Below are positions 49,027 to 60,879 of a DNA stretch of 64,000 bases, piece after piece. Position 1 is the first letter of the stretch. The number at the start of each line of letters is the position of its first letter. The translations under genes were made by a program, and so were the position numbers. Under the pieces are notes generated by a model. It saw nothing but the letters and a program-made list of their open reading frames with translations, did no database searches and was not told the DNA's origin. Origin of the DNA: Bigelowiella natans CCMP2755. Taxonomy: Eukaryota > Protista > Cercozoa. The stretch covers positions 6,977 to 70,976 of the forward strand of contig ADNK01001110.1 of assembly GCA_000320545.1 (NCBI GenBank), written 5' to 3'.

Positions 49027-50014
49027 GAGTGAAAAGGGACTCGAATGACGCCCGGAATTCTGCTTCCTTGAAATTCGAGATGAATTTTCAGCCTTTAATC
49101 TGAGGTGTGTTCGCTGGGCACGAGGGTCATGTTTGTGCGACAATAAAACATTGAGCAAATTTTGTACTTTGCCATGCTCTCATCGAGCAGGCGCTACCTT
49201 TGACACTTGGGTTGCATCTCTATGGATCTCCTAGAATGAGGACCGAGAAGCTTCCGAGCAAAGGCAGACCTGAAAAAAAGCAGCCAGATGGATGTTTGCA
49301 AGAAACGCTCTATGTGATATTGAAATGTTCCGGAAATTTATGGAGCTTTTACACATTCTCTTCAGTCTATTCGCGATTTCCGTGTTTAATCTTGAAATGG
49401 TTCAATTTCTCTTGCTCCCATCTATGTCTGAAAATGCTACCCGGAATACGATTTGCGCCAACTTATGCTTCCATTTGTGACCTATTTTTAATCAAACGAC
49501 AAGTCGTATTCTTTGACGTAACACATGGTTTCAAGGAATTCTGAATTCTTACGAATTCGCAATCGCAAAATATAACTGAGGAATCCATTAGACCACTCTG
49601 CTGGTTGCCCCCCCCTCCATATTGTCTCACCTGTGTTCCCTCTATGTTCCCCTTATCACTGTACAATTGTATTCCGATTTTTTTACTGTTAGAAATATGT
49701 TTCTGCACTCTACTCCTTCGCCCCATAGCGCTTTACAGCATCACATTTGACACGTCATTAAATGCATGTATCAATTGGTGGAAGAAGTGGAAGGTAGTTT
49801 GGGAGTGTGTTCGATGACATTTCGTAATCATGTTTTACTGTAGATAATCTGTACTTGATGGGGCAATAAAATTCGTTACAAACACAATGATACTTTGAGG
49901 AAATCTCCACAAAATTTCTTCTTTTTTGGTGCCATCGTTCTAATTCTGTCCGTTGATTCAGGATGGTGAAGGAACCCAAATCAAAGTGACCAGGATACCG
50001 AAGAGGATATAGAA

Positions 50015-52624
50015 ATGTCAACAAAAGGCAGTGACAAAGAAACTCCTCTGGAAAATCCCGGTGGCAAAACATCCCAGAAAGATGGAAGCGATGGAAGCAA
50101 CCAGCAACCACCACAGAAATCCAAGGAAGGTGCTAGAGCAGAGGCCAAACGCCGATTCATGAAATACTTTCAAAAGTTCACAAAGGAAGGGTTAAGCAAG
50201 AAGGAAGCCTTCCAAAAGGCTATGAAACTCCTTCGAAGTACGCCTTCGTCCAACGAAAAATCATCAGAAAGTGAAAAGCCATCGAGCAGCTCATCCAACA
50301 GCAAGGCAGCTACGACTACGAAGAAGAGCAAAGAAGAAAAAGCAAGTACCGGAGCTGAGGGAGGAAAGGAGGAGATCAAACAAGAAGCTACGATCACGAA
50401 AAATGAAAACGTGCAGAAGGGGGAAGCTGGCACAAAGACCGAGCCTCCGAAAAGTGGGGGAACCGCCACAAAACAGGAAATTAATACGAAGAAAGCTCCA
50501 GTGATTCAAGGGACGAGCTCGGAGGAGTTCAATAAATGGATAGAGGAAGGTGAAAGCAACAAAGAAGGTTCGTTTGCAACAGCAATTCGTGAGGTGGGAA
50601 AGGTTTTCGGGAATGATGAGGCTCTAAGTCTAAGCTTTGCTGAGGCAAAAGAAATCAAAGTCACAACAGAGAAACCCTATATCGATTTCGAAGGCGTTCA
50701 TGAATTTTATGAGAAGGCTGAGAAACATTCAAAAGTAATGGACGCTTTGAATGACGCGGTGGATCGACTTTTAACCCCAATTGTGGTCCGCGCTAAAAGA
50801 AGCAGTGGTCTCACCGAAAGCAGCGATGCTCCTCTCCACAAATTGAGAAAGTACCTCATATTATTAGAAAATCCGGCTTTCCTAGATCCAGAATATCATG
50901 ACATATTCAAAAAACTTTGTGAAACTGTTTCGAAGTTGCCGGAAAAACATAAGGACGTTCTCACGAACTGGTTCGCCCAATATACACCAAAAAGAATGGA
51001 GGAGTTAATAGGGCGTATTCAGCAGTATATCACAGTTAGGTGGTACACCGGGAGACAAGTAGATGATCTTAGATATGGAACCATGGTTTTGGGGATTCTG
51101 TACCGCGCGAATGAGCCATGGAGAAATCATCGACCTCAAGTATATCTAAGTAACGATGAGAAGGGGAGAGGCACCCTACGAACTTTCTTTTCTCGAAGAA
51201 ACCAGGATCTCAAGGCTCGTAGTAGAAGTTCCAACGAAGATGTTAAGGCAAAACCTCTGACAAGAATAATCACCTCAAACAAGGGCGAAAGACACGTCCC
51301 ACTCGTCAAAGCAACGCTCTTCAATAACGATGCCGTCAACGCTGAGCTGAGCCTAAAGGCTGATTACAGACGCTGGATTGAGAATGCGGGCTTGAGCTTC
51401 TGCAAGTTCAACTGGATCCTAGACGCATCTTCAAAGAGAAATATCCTGAACATCGATGCGAGGTATCAAATGTCGGAGCACTTCAGAGAAGCTATGCTTG
51501 CAAGGATTTACTCCGGGAACATCGCATCTAGCCCTTACCTGGTGCTGAGGGTTAGACGTAACAACCTCATTCGGGATGCCACCATCCAGCTTCAGAATGC
51601 TCGGCTCGAGAACATGACCGAGGACGGAGGTGATGACGAGAACAATATGTATTTCAAGAAGCCGCTGAAAATCAAGTTCGAGGGCGAGGAGGGGGTCGAT
51701 GAAGGGGGTGTGCAGAAAGAATTTTTCCAACTCGTCGTGGCGCAGCTCTTTGACCCCCTGTACGGAATGTTCACCTACAATGAGAACACCCGCATATGCT
51801 GGTTCAATCACAAGTCAATATCGACTGACGAGGAGTATGAGCTGATCGGAATTATTCTTGGCCTTGCCATTTACAACGGTGTGATCCTGGACTTGAGGTT
51901 CCCCATGTTCGTGTATAAGAAGCTGCTGGGTTACGACGCCACGATGGAGGATATGAAAGAGGTTGACCCCGAGCTGGCGAAAGGATTCCAAAAACTCATG
52001 ACCTTCCCTGGTGATGTAGAAAGCACTTTCTGCCGCACGTTCACTGTGTCATATCAGGCATTCGGAGCGACTCACACCGTTGAGCTCAAAGAGGGCGGGG
52101 CGAAAATTCCTCTCACGAATGATAACAGAGAAGAATACGTGGATCTGTACTCCAAGTGGTACTTACAAGGTTCCATCAGCAAGCAGTTCGAAGCTTTCCG
52201 GAAGGGGTTCATGAAGGTATGCGGGGGCCCTGCACTACGTCTCTTCCGTCCTGAGGAGCTACACCTGATGATCTGTGGGACTGAAGATCTGGACTTTGAA
52301 GCTCTGGAGAAGAAGACGCAGTATGACGGAGGCTACAACAAGGATTCTCCCGTGATTAAAAACCTATGGAAAATCCTTAAAAGGTTCAACCTTGAGCAGA
52401 AGAAGAAGTTCCTGATGTTTTGTACCGGAAGCGACCGGGCACCTATCAACGGCCTCGGAGATCTATCGTTCACAATTTCCAAGAACGGAACCGACACCGA
52501 CAGGCTTCCAACATCCCACACTTGCTTCAACCATCTTCTGTTGCCCCAATATGAATCCGAGGATACGCTTGAGAAGAACTTGTTGATTGCGGTGCAAAAT
52601 TGTAAAGGATTCGGGTTGTTGTAA
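50015..52624 (+). CDS. HECT E3 ubiquitin ligase (UBE3A/HECTD2/small-HERC-like), intronless, 869 aa
   Basis: PYLVLRVRRNNLIRD, KKPLKIKFEGEEGVDEGGVQKEFF, LGLAIYNGVILD and the catalytic RLPTSHTCFNHLLLPQY...GFGLL. Confidence 0.95.
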   Translation: MSTKGSDKETPLENPGGKTSQKDGSDGSNQQPPQKSKEGARAEAKRRFMKYFQKFTKEGLSKKEAFQKAMKLLRSTPSSNEKSSESEKPSSSSSNSKAATTTKKSKEEKASTGAEGGKEEIKQEATITKNENVQKGEAGTKTEPPKSGGTATKQEINTKKAPVIQGTSSEEFNKWIEEGESNKEGSFATAIREVGKVFGNDEALSLSFAEAKEIKVTTEKPYIDFEGVHEFYEKAEKHSKVMDALNDAVDRLLTPIVVRAKRSSGLTESSDAPLHKLRKYLILLENPAFLDPEYHDIFKKLCETVSKLPEKHKDVLTNWFAQYTPKRMEELIGRIQQYITVRWYTGRQVDDLRYGTMVLGILYRANEPWRNHRPQVYLSNDEKGRGTLRTFFSRRNQDLKARSRSSNEDVKAKPLTRIITSNKGERHVPLVKATLFNNDAVNAELSLKADYRRWIENAGLSFCKFNWILDASSKRNILNIDARYQMSEHFREAMLARIYSGNIASSPYLVLRVRRNNLIRDATIQLQNARLENMTEDGGDDENNMYFKKPLKIKFEGEEGVDEGGVQKEFFQLVVAQLFDPLYGMFTYNENTRICWFNHKSISTDEEYELIGIILGLAIYNGVILDLRFPMFVYKKLLGYDATMEDMKEVDPELAKGFQKLMTFPGDVESTFCRTFTVSYQAFGATHTVELKEGGAKIPLTNDNREEYVDLYSKWYLQGSISKQFEAFRKGFMKVCGGPALRLFRPEELHLMICGTEDLDFEALEKKTQYDGGYNKDSPVIKNLWKILKRFNLEQKKKFLMFCTGSDRAPINGLGDLSFTISKNGTDTDRLPTSHTCFNHLLLPQYESEDTLEKNLLIAVQNCKGFGLL

Positions 52625-53829
52625 TGAACATTTTTATCGGGTGGAGTCAGCTGGTAATCGACAGCAGCATAGGTAAGGAGTACGTCTCAGACGAATGCAT
52701 CGGAGCAAATTTGTGAATACTTTGGATTATATCGTATTGTGCTGCCTTAAGCTGTTTTGAATATCAGTTTAGTCCATCAGCATGATGACGAGAATTCCTC
52801 TAATATCGAGATTAGTATTGAGATGAAGGCACCGCAAATTTCAGTTTCTAATCAAGTTGGGTGCTCCAGTGATCTGTATATGCGGCTTGCAATACAATTA
52901 CTACATATACATCTGCTAGAAAAATGTATTTCTTGCGAATTTCAACAAGGCGCAATTTGATACTTTCGTTACAGCGGCGTCAAGTTAGTAATGCACTAGA
53001 TTGCAAGCCGGAGCTCTGCGAAAGTTTGCCTTCCAGCTTCAACAATGATTTGTTTTCGCCGTGATGAACATGTGAAACGCGCCCTGCTAGAGCTGCAGCA
53101 CACTTCTAGACTAGACAGCGCATTTTGTCAATGCGATCATTTTGTGTGCAGATGCCAAGCATGCATGCTAGCCAGCATGGGCATGCAGGTGGCTAGTGCA
53201 GTGCACTACCTGGCGAACGCTGCATTCGCGCCAGTTACGTGTTTGCTTGCGATTTGGAAGAAAGCTGGAAAAAGTCCATCCTCGTGCAGCGACTTCACTG
53301 CTAATATGATAGACATGCAATACACAATATATAATATATATATATATATAATATATATAGTGTATTGCTGTGTCTATTATTAATTGAGCAGTGATGAACC
53401 TTTGATTGATGTCATGACGCAGCTAGCTGCGCATTCGCATGGCGGCATGTGTTCACACCGCCCATCTGCCATCGCAATCGTCCACAAAGAGCAGTGCGAT
53501 GCAGGATGCAGCATCATGCCATCTTCATCTTCAACCAATGATGGGTCAAAATGTGACTGTGCCATGGCCATGCTGGCATGGGAAGCTTGTACATGTGCAT
53601 CGCAACATCCACGTCGATCTGCACGGCCGTGCTGGCGTGTTGCCACCGCTGGACCGCATTGCGAAAGCGCATTGACGCCGTGTTGAAAGCCGCATTGTTG
53701 GCGCATTGATCAACACGGCAATTTTCAAAACGCGGCCGTCAACACGTTGGAGCGCATTGGCGATCTTGCAGATCTGAGCTCAATGATCATCAATGACCCC
53801 CTGAATTTCCCCCACATTTTTCAATGACA

Positions 53830-54224
53830 ATGAACACAACAAGTGACAACTAGCTTGACAATGACAAGACCACATTTCTAAAGTGCGTTTCTAGGTTGCA
53901 AGACATTGAACATTGAACATTGAAAGAAGCATCAATGCAAACTGCATGCTGGCAGGAGCAAGAACCACATGGGAGACATGCACAAACACGTGCCAGCGCC
54001 TCATCAAAAATCATTGCGAGGACTTGTCAGCACCCTGAGAACAATGCCAGAATCACAATGAGAACAACGAGAACAATGAACAATGTGCAATGAACAATGA
54101 TGATGAACCACATTTCAATGAGAACAATGATGACAAACTAGCAAACTGCATTCTAGCATTTCCAAAATGCAACAAGACATTTGCAGTGCACGAAACGCAG
54201 TGCCTCGAACTAACTTTAGTGAGG
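53830..54224. repeat. Second copy of the repeat family seen at 1-303, within the TpA-depleted tract 53385-54209
   Basis: The reverse complement of 54224-54117 (CCTCACTAAAGTTAGTTCGAGGCACTGCG...) aligns with 5-97. Hand count: 7 TA in 53385-54209, 5 of them CTAG. Confidence 0.75.
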
Positions 54225-54553
54225 TCTAACTAGTGAAACTGTGACCAGAAGGAATCAAGAGTGGCATTCTGGCCATTCCTCCATTCCTAGATTCATTTTC
54301 TTTCGTGCCTTTTCTTTGCCAACCCTGTTGGTGTGACGTTTGCAGTTCCAACCTGCATCTTGGATGTAGCGACAAAATCGTTGAGCGGTTGCGAGAAACA
54401 TTAGAAGAAATACAGGGCATTTTTGGAAAAATTCGTATCGGAATAAATAGGGAAGAAGAATCGGGCATGCACAAAATCCATCGTCGGACACTCCTTTTTT
54501 TTACTCATACCCCGAGATACCTACCATCCCTTCGAGCAAGGGAAAAACTGCAA

Positions 54554-54887
54554 CAGCTGGGAAGATGAAAGACGGAGAAGCCAAGGCAAAAGCACTTCTG
54601 GATTCTGGAAAGATATCGCAATCGATCTACAAGCACATGGTATCTTCCATCCGTGAGGAAAAAGAAAGATCAGCTGGGAAGATGAAAGACGGAGAAGCCA
54701 AGGCAAAAGCACTTCTGGATTCTGGAAAGATATCGCAATCGATCTACAAGCACATGGTATCTTCCATCCGTGAGGAAAAAGAAAGATCAGCTGGAAAGAT
54801 GAAAGACGGAGAAGCCGAGGCAAAAGCACTTCTGGATTCTGGAAAGATATCGCAATCGATCTACAAGCACATGGTATCTTCCATCCG
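54554..54887 (+). repeat. 117-bp in-frame tandem repeat, ~2.9 near-identical copies (39 aa each)
   Basis: ATGs at 54565, 54682 and 54799; unit [39 protein letters not shown]. Confidence 0.95.
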
Positions 54888-56094
54888 CATGCCACAGCAA
54901 ATAGTGCAGCAGCAGCCTCAAGGTGGTGATGTCGCCGTGCAAAAAGGCGCTGCCCCTTCCCCACAGGAACTCGAAGAACGAATTGGAGAACAGTTGTACC
55001 CTATGATCGAGCAGTATGAGCCTGAAAAAGCAGGAAAAATCACCGGTATGCTTCTTATGATGGACAATCAGGAACTTCTTCACCTTATGGAAGACCAAAA
55101 TAGTCTGGTTGCTAAAATCAATGAAGCACTTGCCGTTCTCAACGAATTTCCTGAAGGAAAGACGTCGCAAAAATTACGCACACAACATTTAACAAGGTCG
55201 ACACAAAAGAGTGACGAGAATGAGAGGGCAGAGGCTGCCTTCCGCCACGCGCTCGATGAAATCTGTCCAGAAAACTTCCACATAATTCTAGAGAAGGTGG
55301 TGTCAGGGACGGAGGAGGACCTGAATATCGATAATAAGGTCAAGCTGGACATGGCTGCTAAACTCACCTTCGAAAAGGCCATTGCAAAATCGGTGTTCTG
55401 CAAAACCTACGCCGAATTTTGCTGGAACCTCTTCGACAAATTAGGCAAATTCCATCCTGAGTCTGGTAAGAAATGGGATAAAACGCAAAACAACACCGGT
55501 GTCAAACCGTACGATTTCCGCAGGCCAATATTAGCACGGTGCCAGAAGGAATTTGAAGCATACACATACACCAAGAAGGAAAATGCCGACTCAGAAGATG
55601 ATAAGGATAAAAAAAGGAAGAGGTTCCTGGGTACTATCAGGTTGATTGGAGAATTGTATATCAAGGGAATGATTGCTAATAACATTATCATCAGTTGCTG
55701 CCATGTCCTTATTGACGGAGGAGGTAAACCTAAACCTGACTTTATCCAAGCTCTGTGCAAGCTCTTAGAAACCGTAGGCAAGAAAATGGAAGCGAAACTG
55801 CTTGCCTCGCTAAACAACATCTTCGAGATACTTAAAAAGCTCACTCAGGATCCTGCACTTGATTTCCGTCATCGGCTCATGATTCAAGACACAATAGATC
55901 TGCGGAAAAACAAGTGGATCCCTCGCTTTAAAGAGGAGAAGGCCATGACGAAGAAGAAGTTTAAAAAGATAGGGGCACGGGAAGGGCAGAAGGCTAGGAA
56001 TCGCGCTATTAAGTTGAATCACAAAGCAAAGGTGTTTGTCCTCAGATCTAAAAGGTTAGCTTTCATCGGCAAGCCAAATCATTTTCCATTCTAA
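54565..56094 (+). CDS. Intronless fusion: 3 SHOCT-like repeats + MLLE (PABC) domain + eIF4G-type MIF4G domain + PAM2-like motif
   Basis: MLLE: [36 protein letters not shown]4G: [61 protein letters not shown] and [15 protein letters not shown]. Confidence 0.85.
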   Translation: MKDGEAKAKALLDSGKISQSIYKHMVSSIREEKERSAGKMKDGEAKAKALLDSGKISQSIYKHMVSSIREEKERSAGKMKDGEAEAKALLDSGKISQSIYKHMVSSIRMPQQIVQQQPQGGDVAVQKGAAPSPQELEERIGEQLYPMIEQYEPEKAGKITGMLLMMDNQELLHLMEDQNSLVAKINEALAVLNEFPEGKTSQKLRTQHLTRSTQKSDENERAEAAFRHALDEICPENFHIILEKVVSGTEEDLNIDNKVKLDMAAKLTFEKAIAKSVFCKTYAEFCWNLFDKLGKFHPESGKKWDKTQNNTGVKPYDFRRPILARCQKEFEAYTYTKKENADSEDDKDKKRKRFLGTIRLIGELYIKGMIANNIIISCCHVLIDGGGKPKPDFIQALCKLLETVGKKMEAKLLASLNNIFEILKKLTQDPALDFRHRLMIQDTIDLRKNKWIPRFKEEKAMTKKKFKKIGAREGQKARNRAIKLNHKAKVFVLRSKRLAFIGKPNHFPF

Positions 56095-56229
56095 CTCGTC
56101 GGATGGAAATGGCTTCTAGCCTTTGTGGCTCTAAGCGTGTATTCCACGCTTGTATAGCCTTTGTGGCTCCAAGATGGCATTTAAGAATTGCGGACGTAGA
56201 TGTCCCTTCCTCCGTCGTTCAGCTTGTAA

Positions 56230-56905
56230 CGGATTTTGTGCACAATTGATTTTGACGCTTCCACAATCTCCACGGGGTTGCCCTTCACACCCGAGAGTGA
56301 AAATGACCACAGCCTTCTGTCGTCCAAACTGTGATGACATCCATGCATTCTCACAACGCGAGTCAGCTAGTCAGGCTAGCGTCATTGATGTCCACAACCC
56401 CATTTTTCAAATCCCACGCTAATTGGTTTCACTGTCTGAGCTGTTGGTGTGTGCTTGCGTCGCGCCAGACCATCTGAGACACGTGCCATGCTAGCATGCC
56501 TAGATGCTCTGTGCACTGTGCGCATATGTGGTCTAGATGCGCAAAACAAATGTGCGACACCTGTCTAGCTGTGCACCTCTAGACCTTGAAACTTGAAACA
56601 CGCGGCAGCGGAGACAAACAGACACAGCATGAGCGCTGTGGCCGCTGCTTTGCACAGCCACATCAGGATGACCACTGAAAACATTCAATCACTTCATGCT
56701 CGGCTCACATGCCGTCTCACCACATTGCAATGACGTCACGTTGCGCTGTGGTTCAGTGGCGCTGTGCTAGCGATACATTGTGTGATGTGCCAAAGCGGCT
56801 AGTCACGTTGTTCCAATCTAGCGATAGATGCATGGCGTGTCTAGCTGTTCTCGGTAGTGTTGCACCAAACAGCTGCTGATCGTCACACATGCAAGCTGGA
56901 CATGG

Positions 56906-56940
<35 letters not shown>
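56230..56940. other. TpA-depleted, CTAG-rich tract between convergent genes
   Basis: Hand count: 16 TA in ~710 bp, 11 of them CTAG. Confidence 0.85.
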
Positions 56941-56942
<2 letters not shown>

Positions 56943-57107
56943 TCCATCATCATGCACTACAAGACGAAGTTTATCGCATATCCATTTATGCTACGTGATG
57001 TATAACTTCTTTTGTCAACGACATGCCATTGTTTCATTGAGGGCGAAAGGAGGCACTCTACATACTACACTCTGCGGTAGCAATGTATCTAATAAATAAG
57101 CATTTGC

Positions 57108-57848
57108 TCAGTCATCATCTTCATCGTCTTCGCCATTTCCTTCATCCTCCTCCTCGCTATCGGCTTCATCTTCATCATCATCATCCTCCTCCTCGTCGTC
57201 CTCGTCCTCTCCTTCATCACTCTCCTTAGTATCGGCCTCTTCCTCATCATCACTCTCCTCTTCATCGTCATCCTCCTCATCCTCCTCATCGTCATGATCA
57301 TCATCCTCGCTCATCGTCCCAGCCTTTTTCTTCTCTTCCTCGTCGTCTTCCTCTTCTTCCTCGTCGTCTTCCTCATCCTCCTCCTCCTCCTGCTCCATAA
57401 CCTCCACGCCACCTCCGCGCGTCTCCCTCATTCGCACAACTCCTTCCTCAGCGCCTTCCCCGCTTTCGAGTTTGTTGCTAGCGATCTCCATACCTTGCAG
57501 TTGGTAAGAAACACAACAAGGAGCAAAGAAATTGAGCTAACAATACCAAAACTACACCTCCTTCTATTGTTGTGGCGGTATAGCATAAACATCAGCTGGG
57601 TGAACATATTCACGCACCCATCAATACTTCCAAGCGGCCATACAGCTGTAGCAGCTTAGGAAACCTGCCCGAACGAACACCGGTGAATAACCAACGCCAC
57701 AACAATAAGGACAATCACAAGGAGGCAACACACGTCGTCGAATATCTCCCCGCTCTTGTCCTTGGGGGGTATTATTTCAAAGCCAAAAACTTTTCTCTCT
57801 CGCGTGTTTCTTCCCGCTCCTCCGCTAGGCTGAAGGGGCTAAAGGGCA

Positions 57849-57893
<45 letters not shown>

Positions 57894-59436
57894 TTTTCTC
57901 GCTCATTACATCTCCAAGCGCTTCTCGAAGTTCGACGTGATGGCTTGCAGCTGGGACACGAGGTTGGGAACCGTGAGGAGGTATCCCGTGTGGCTCTGAT
58001 GATTCAGTGGTCATCGTATCATACGATCAACAACGGGGAACTCGCCAACATCAACATCCTCCCCGAGAATTCCCATTATTTTTAGTCGTCATCACTTCAC
58101 GCTACCACCACCACCACCACCACCATTACGGCCCTCACGACTAAATCTTACTATACGAACAGCAGCAGCAATAACTACGCTATAACAACTTCTCCAACTC
58201 ATAGCTACCTGGAGGGTGTGCTTTATCCATTTCACCAAGTGCTTTCGCCTGTTAGAGGAGGAGGAGGAGGAGGGGGGGGGAGGAGGGGGGTTGACAATCT
58301 CAGCTCACAGCGTACGCAACGCAGCATCTCGCTGCACAGCAAACATGTCACAGATCGAGAAACAAAACCAAAAACTATCGGTTGGCTCTTTTGCTATGCG
58401 TGACAAAAGCACAACACGATGCTGATTAGACGGCATCTTGTGTTTCAAAGTCGTCGCCATTTTCGTCGCTATACGATGATATCTGCTAGGTACTACTGGG
58501 GCCGTGTCTGGAACCGCGTCCCGAGGGCCTTGAGCAACGGAAGGACATATCTATTGTTGAAAACAACGACGATTGGACAAAGAGAACCAGAAATGAGAAG
58601 AGGAAATTAGAAGACACACGAAGTACAACGAGCACAGAGGGAATGGGAATCACTGAAACCGAAAAGGAGGCCCGAATCAAAGTCAAAAAAGAACCAAAAA
58701 GTGATAGGCCTGTCCCAAGAACGACCTAAACTGCACACACACCCACACACCACTCGCACGCATGCGAACGTATTAGCCAAACATACTTTGCATCAATCTT
58801 GCGCACGGTATTCCGAATTGACCTACGACGCAATTATTGTTTTCAAATCTCAGTTTCCACTGTAATAACCACCATCACCACCATCACTCACCACCCTCAT
58901 CCCCCCCCCCTCCCTCTCCTCCTCCTCCTCCTCCTCCTCATCATCATCGTCGATGTCATCTTCATCATAATCATTCGCTGCGTTCGTCGTTCACTTACTC
59001 CGAATCCCGGTTCTCGAAGCAGTACTCGAGCAGCGACTTATCATTGCTCACGAGACCTTTTGGAGGTTGAGGGATAGAAGGCAGAATTGGAAGAAAAAGG
59101 TGTAAGAAGAGAAAAGGCATATTTGGCCCAACCAGCATCCTCCGCAACCGCAAAAACAAGGAAGCAACATCGAGCGTGTTTGACAATAGATAAGATCGGC
59201 GATGATCAGAGGGCGGATAAGACCTTGCTCTAGCACAGCCTTCAACGATCCGCTTACAGGAGCTGCTGTTGCTGATGCTGCTGGTTGCTGCTGTGACTGC
59301 TTTCTTTTGGCACTGGCTTTACGATCTTTATATGTCGGAAATCCAAATTTAGACGCAGGTGTATGTGAGAGGAGTGTGTATGCGCAGCGGGCATGTGTGC
59401 GTGCGTGCGTGTGTGTGCGCGTAACAAACCACACAT

Positions 59437-59468
<32 letters not shown>

Positions 59469-60833
59469 GAAATAATGAAAAAGCGAGGTGAGAGAGGGAA
59501 GGGGAGAATATGCTAACGCTTGGAAGCTGCATAGAGTAGCATTGTCATCATCAGCATCGTCGTCATCATGATCAGCAGCAACAGCAGCATTGGGTGCATA
59601 ATTATCAGAAACAGAATGAGAAAGATGGTGGTTTAAGACCTCCATTCGCTGCACCTCCTGGATTCAAAAGGGCCCTGGAAATAGGAGGAGGAGGTGGAAG
59701 AATTTGAGCTATCAGTATTTATATATACACACACATATACACATCTATCTATTCACTTATCAGCACTATTGAGCACGAGCGCGACCACCACCGCCTTAAT
59801 CAGCGGCGCGGCAGCGAGCTAAAACTAGCTGTTCGCTTCACATTTCTTTTTCTTTCTTCTTTTTCTTCTTCTTGGCTGATACTGCGGTGATATAATGTCC
59901 ATCATCATCATCATCATCATCTATCATCATCATCATCATCCGCGTAGCAGTACCGCAGTCTATTCTCCATGGAGATGTGGACCTCCTCAAACTTCCTCTG
60001 CTCCTTGGTCGTTCCTTTCCGCGACAAGCTTCCACTGAGCTTCGCGGAGCTACTAGCAATCTGAATGCGAGCGAGCGAGCACCAACGATGTTAGATCAAG
60101 GAAATCAAATGGGGACACTGGTGAAGTAAGTGCGTTCTTCGCCGAATTTCTCTCTTCCGATGTAGTGCTTATGATGTTTTTACTATTACATTGCTGGTCG
60201 GGCCTCCCACCGTGGCAGCTGTAAGAGGAAGAAGGAAGGAGGAGAAGGGCTCTTTTCAGCTCATAGTTGCGATTCCGTTTTGAAAGACGAATGGGGTTGT
60301 GTGCAAATGACAGACTAGGTGCGCGCGCGCGCGTGTGTGTGTGTGTAAGTGTGTGTGTATGTGTAAAAGCAAGAGGAACAGATGGCCTCACCCTGCACAG
60401 CAGAATCGCTTGTCTTCTGTTTCTTCTTCCCTTTGGCGCTTGGTGCCGAAGAGGACGACGAAGACGACGTTGCTATTTGCACGGAGTAGGGCTCGAGTTC
60501 GATCTGGCGCGTGTTTTCGCATTATTCATTGTTTAGTTGTTGTCACGATTTGTCACTGTCATCATCATCACATTAATCATCATCATCATCGTCGTCGTCG
60601 TCGTCTTTCTATCCGAAACAAATAGCACCTGTGGGAGGATCTCCCCCGAGTCCGCAAGCAGCTCTTTTGTCTCGAATCCGGGTTTTATGGCCGATTCTCG
60701 GGCTACGACCACCACCGAGGAGGACACCCACTCCATGCTCACTATAGGGCTGTGACGACGACAACGATGATAATGATGAGTTAAGGAGGAGGAGGAGGTG
60801 GAGAGGAGAGAACATCTTCGGGCAATAACGAAC

Positions 60834-60879
<46 letters not shown>

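Noticed and set aside
49200-49817. Possible small gene upstream of the HECT ligase
   Set aside because: Only short ORFs without recognisable motifs or a consistent exon chain.
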